Shown here piece by piece: positions 63,366-64,000 of a stretch of DNA of 64,000 nt. This DNA is from Camelus dromedarius (taxonomy: Eukaryota): positions 100,318,001 to 100,382,000 of the forward strand of contig NC_087437.1 in assembly GCF_036321535.1 (NCBI RefSeq), given 5' to 3'. A program made the position numbers and the translations under genes. Position 1 is the stretch's first letter. Each line of letters starts with the position of its first letter. The notes beneath the pieces are model-generated. The model was not told the origin of the DNA, searched no databases, and was given only the letters and a program-made list of their open reading frames with translations.

Positions 63366-64000
63366 GAGGAATGGACTTGGGTCAAAACCTGTGTCTGTAG
63401 GTATGAAGGTGTTGAAGGAGTGAGCTTAAATTCTGGCTAATTATGGTTAAGATGGTCCCGACGTTTAGATCAAATTCCTTAAACCTGTGCTAAGGTAATT
63501 GGAGACCATGAGACCATACCTGGAACTTTCTTTAACTATATGAAGCTTGTATCTCAGAGTGACCTCACACACACTAGTAAAGATTAGCAGGTCTTTTGGT
63601 CTGATGGTATGTATGTTCTGGACTAAAGTTAACAGAATACGAAGGAAAATTTCAAAAGGTCATGAACCCAGGGTTATGAACGTCAGAGGAGAGACTTCCC
63701 TTCTCTTAAACTCTGCATGATAGTGGAGTCCTTTATGGGAGGATCTGTCGTCTGGGACCTGCCTGGGGCAGAATAAGGTAGGAGAACCTCATTCTATCAC
63801 AGCTGAAAGACAAAGCATTTTTTAAGACTTTGTAAAATTTCATTCATGTTCCAAATCTTTTTGAATTCTGGCTTTATACGCTAAAAGGAGATAGCCTAAA
63901 TGACGCTCTTTTTGGACTAAGAGCCTTATAAGCACAATAGCTCTTCCAGTAAGTCAGACTTACAAAAATATCTAGGGTATCTAGGGAGCGTTTCAGATGT

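Overview
Mammalian genomic DNA, most likely a camelid (three Vic-1-type tRNA-derived SINEs). It contains the conserved tail-to-tail CXADR / BTG3 locus. On the + strand are CXADR (coxsackievirus and adenovirus receptor) coding exons 3-7 (4315-13781); exons 1-2 lie upstream of the window. A long exon-7 3'UTR follows, and a small alternative terminal exon 8 (33589-33630, FKYTYETDGITVV*) is reached from an internal donor in exon 7. On the - strand is the complete BTG3 gene: a non-coding exon 1 in a CpG island near 52.7-53.0 kb and four coding exons giving 759 nt = 252 aa + stop. The rest is intronic or intergenic DNA with L1, L2, MIR, MLT, ERV LTR, MER2/MER44/Tigger1/MER20/MER5 elements and microsatellites. 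Most other ORFs in the track look like noise. I found no clearly new gene system. The most interesting features are four. (1) Exon 7 is dual-coding, and its alternative-frame stop overlaps the exon-8 splice donor. (2) That alternative frame would continue open for about 80 codons through exon 8, giving a hypothetical soluble 4/7/8 isoform. (3) The CXADR-Ex8 and BTG3 poly(A) signals face each other 38 nt apart. (4) A near-perfect p53 response element lies in BTG3 intron 2. Repeat boundaries and family names are by eye and approximate.
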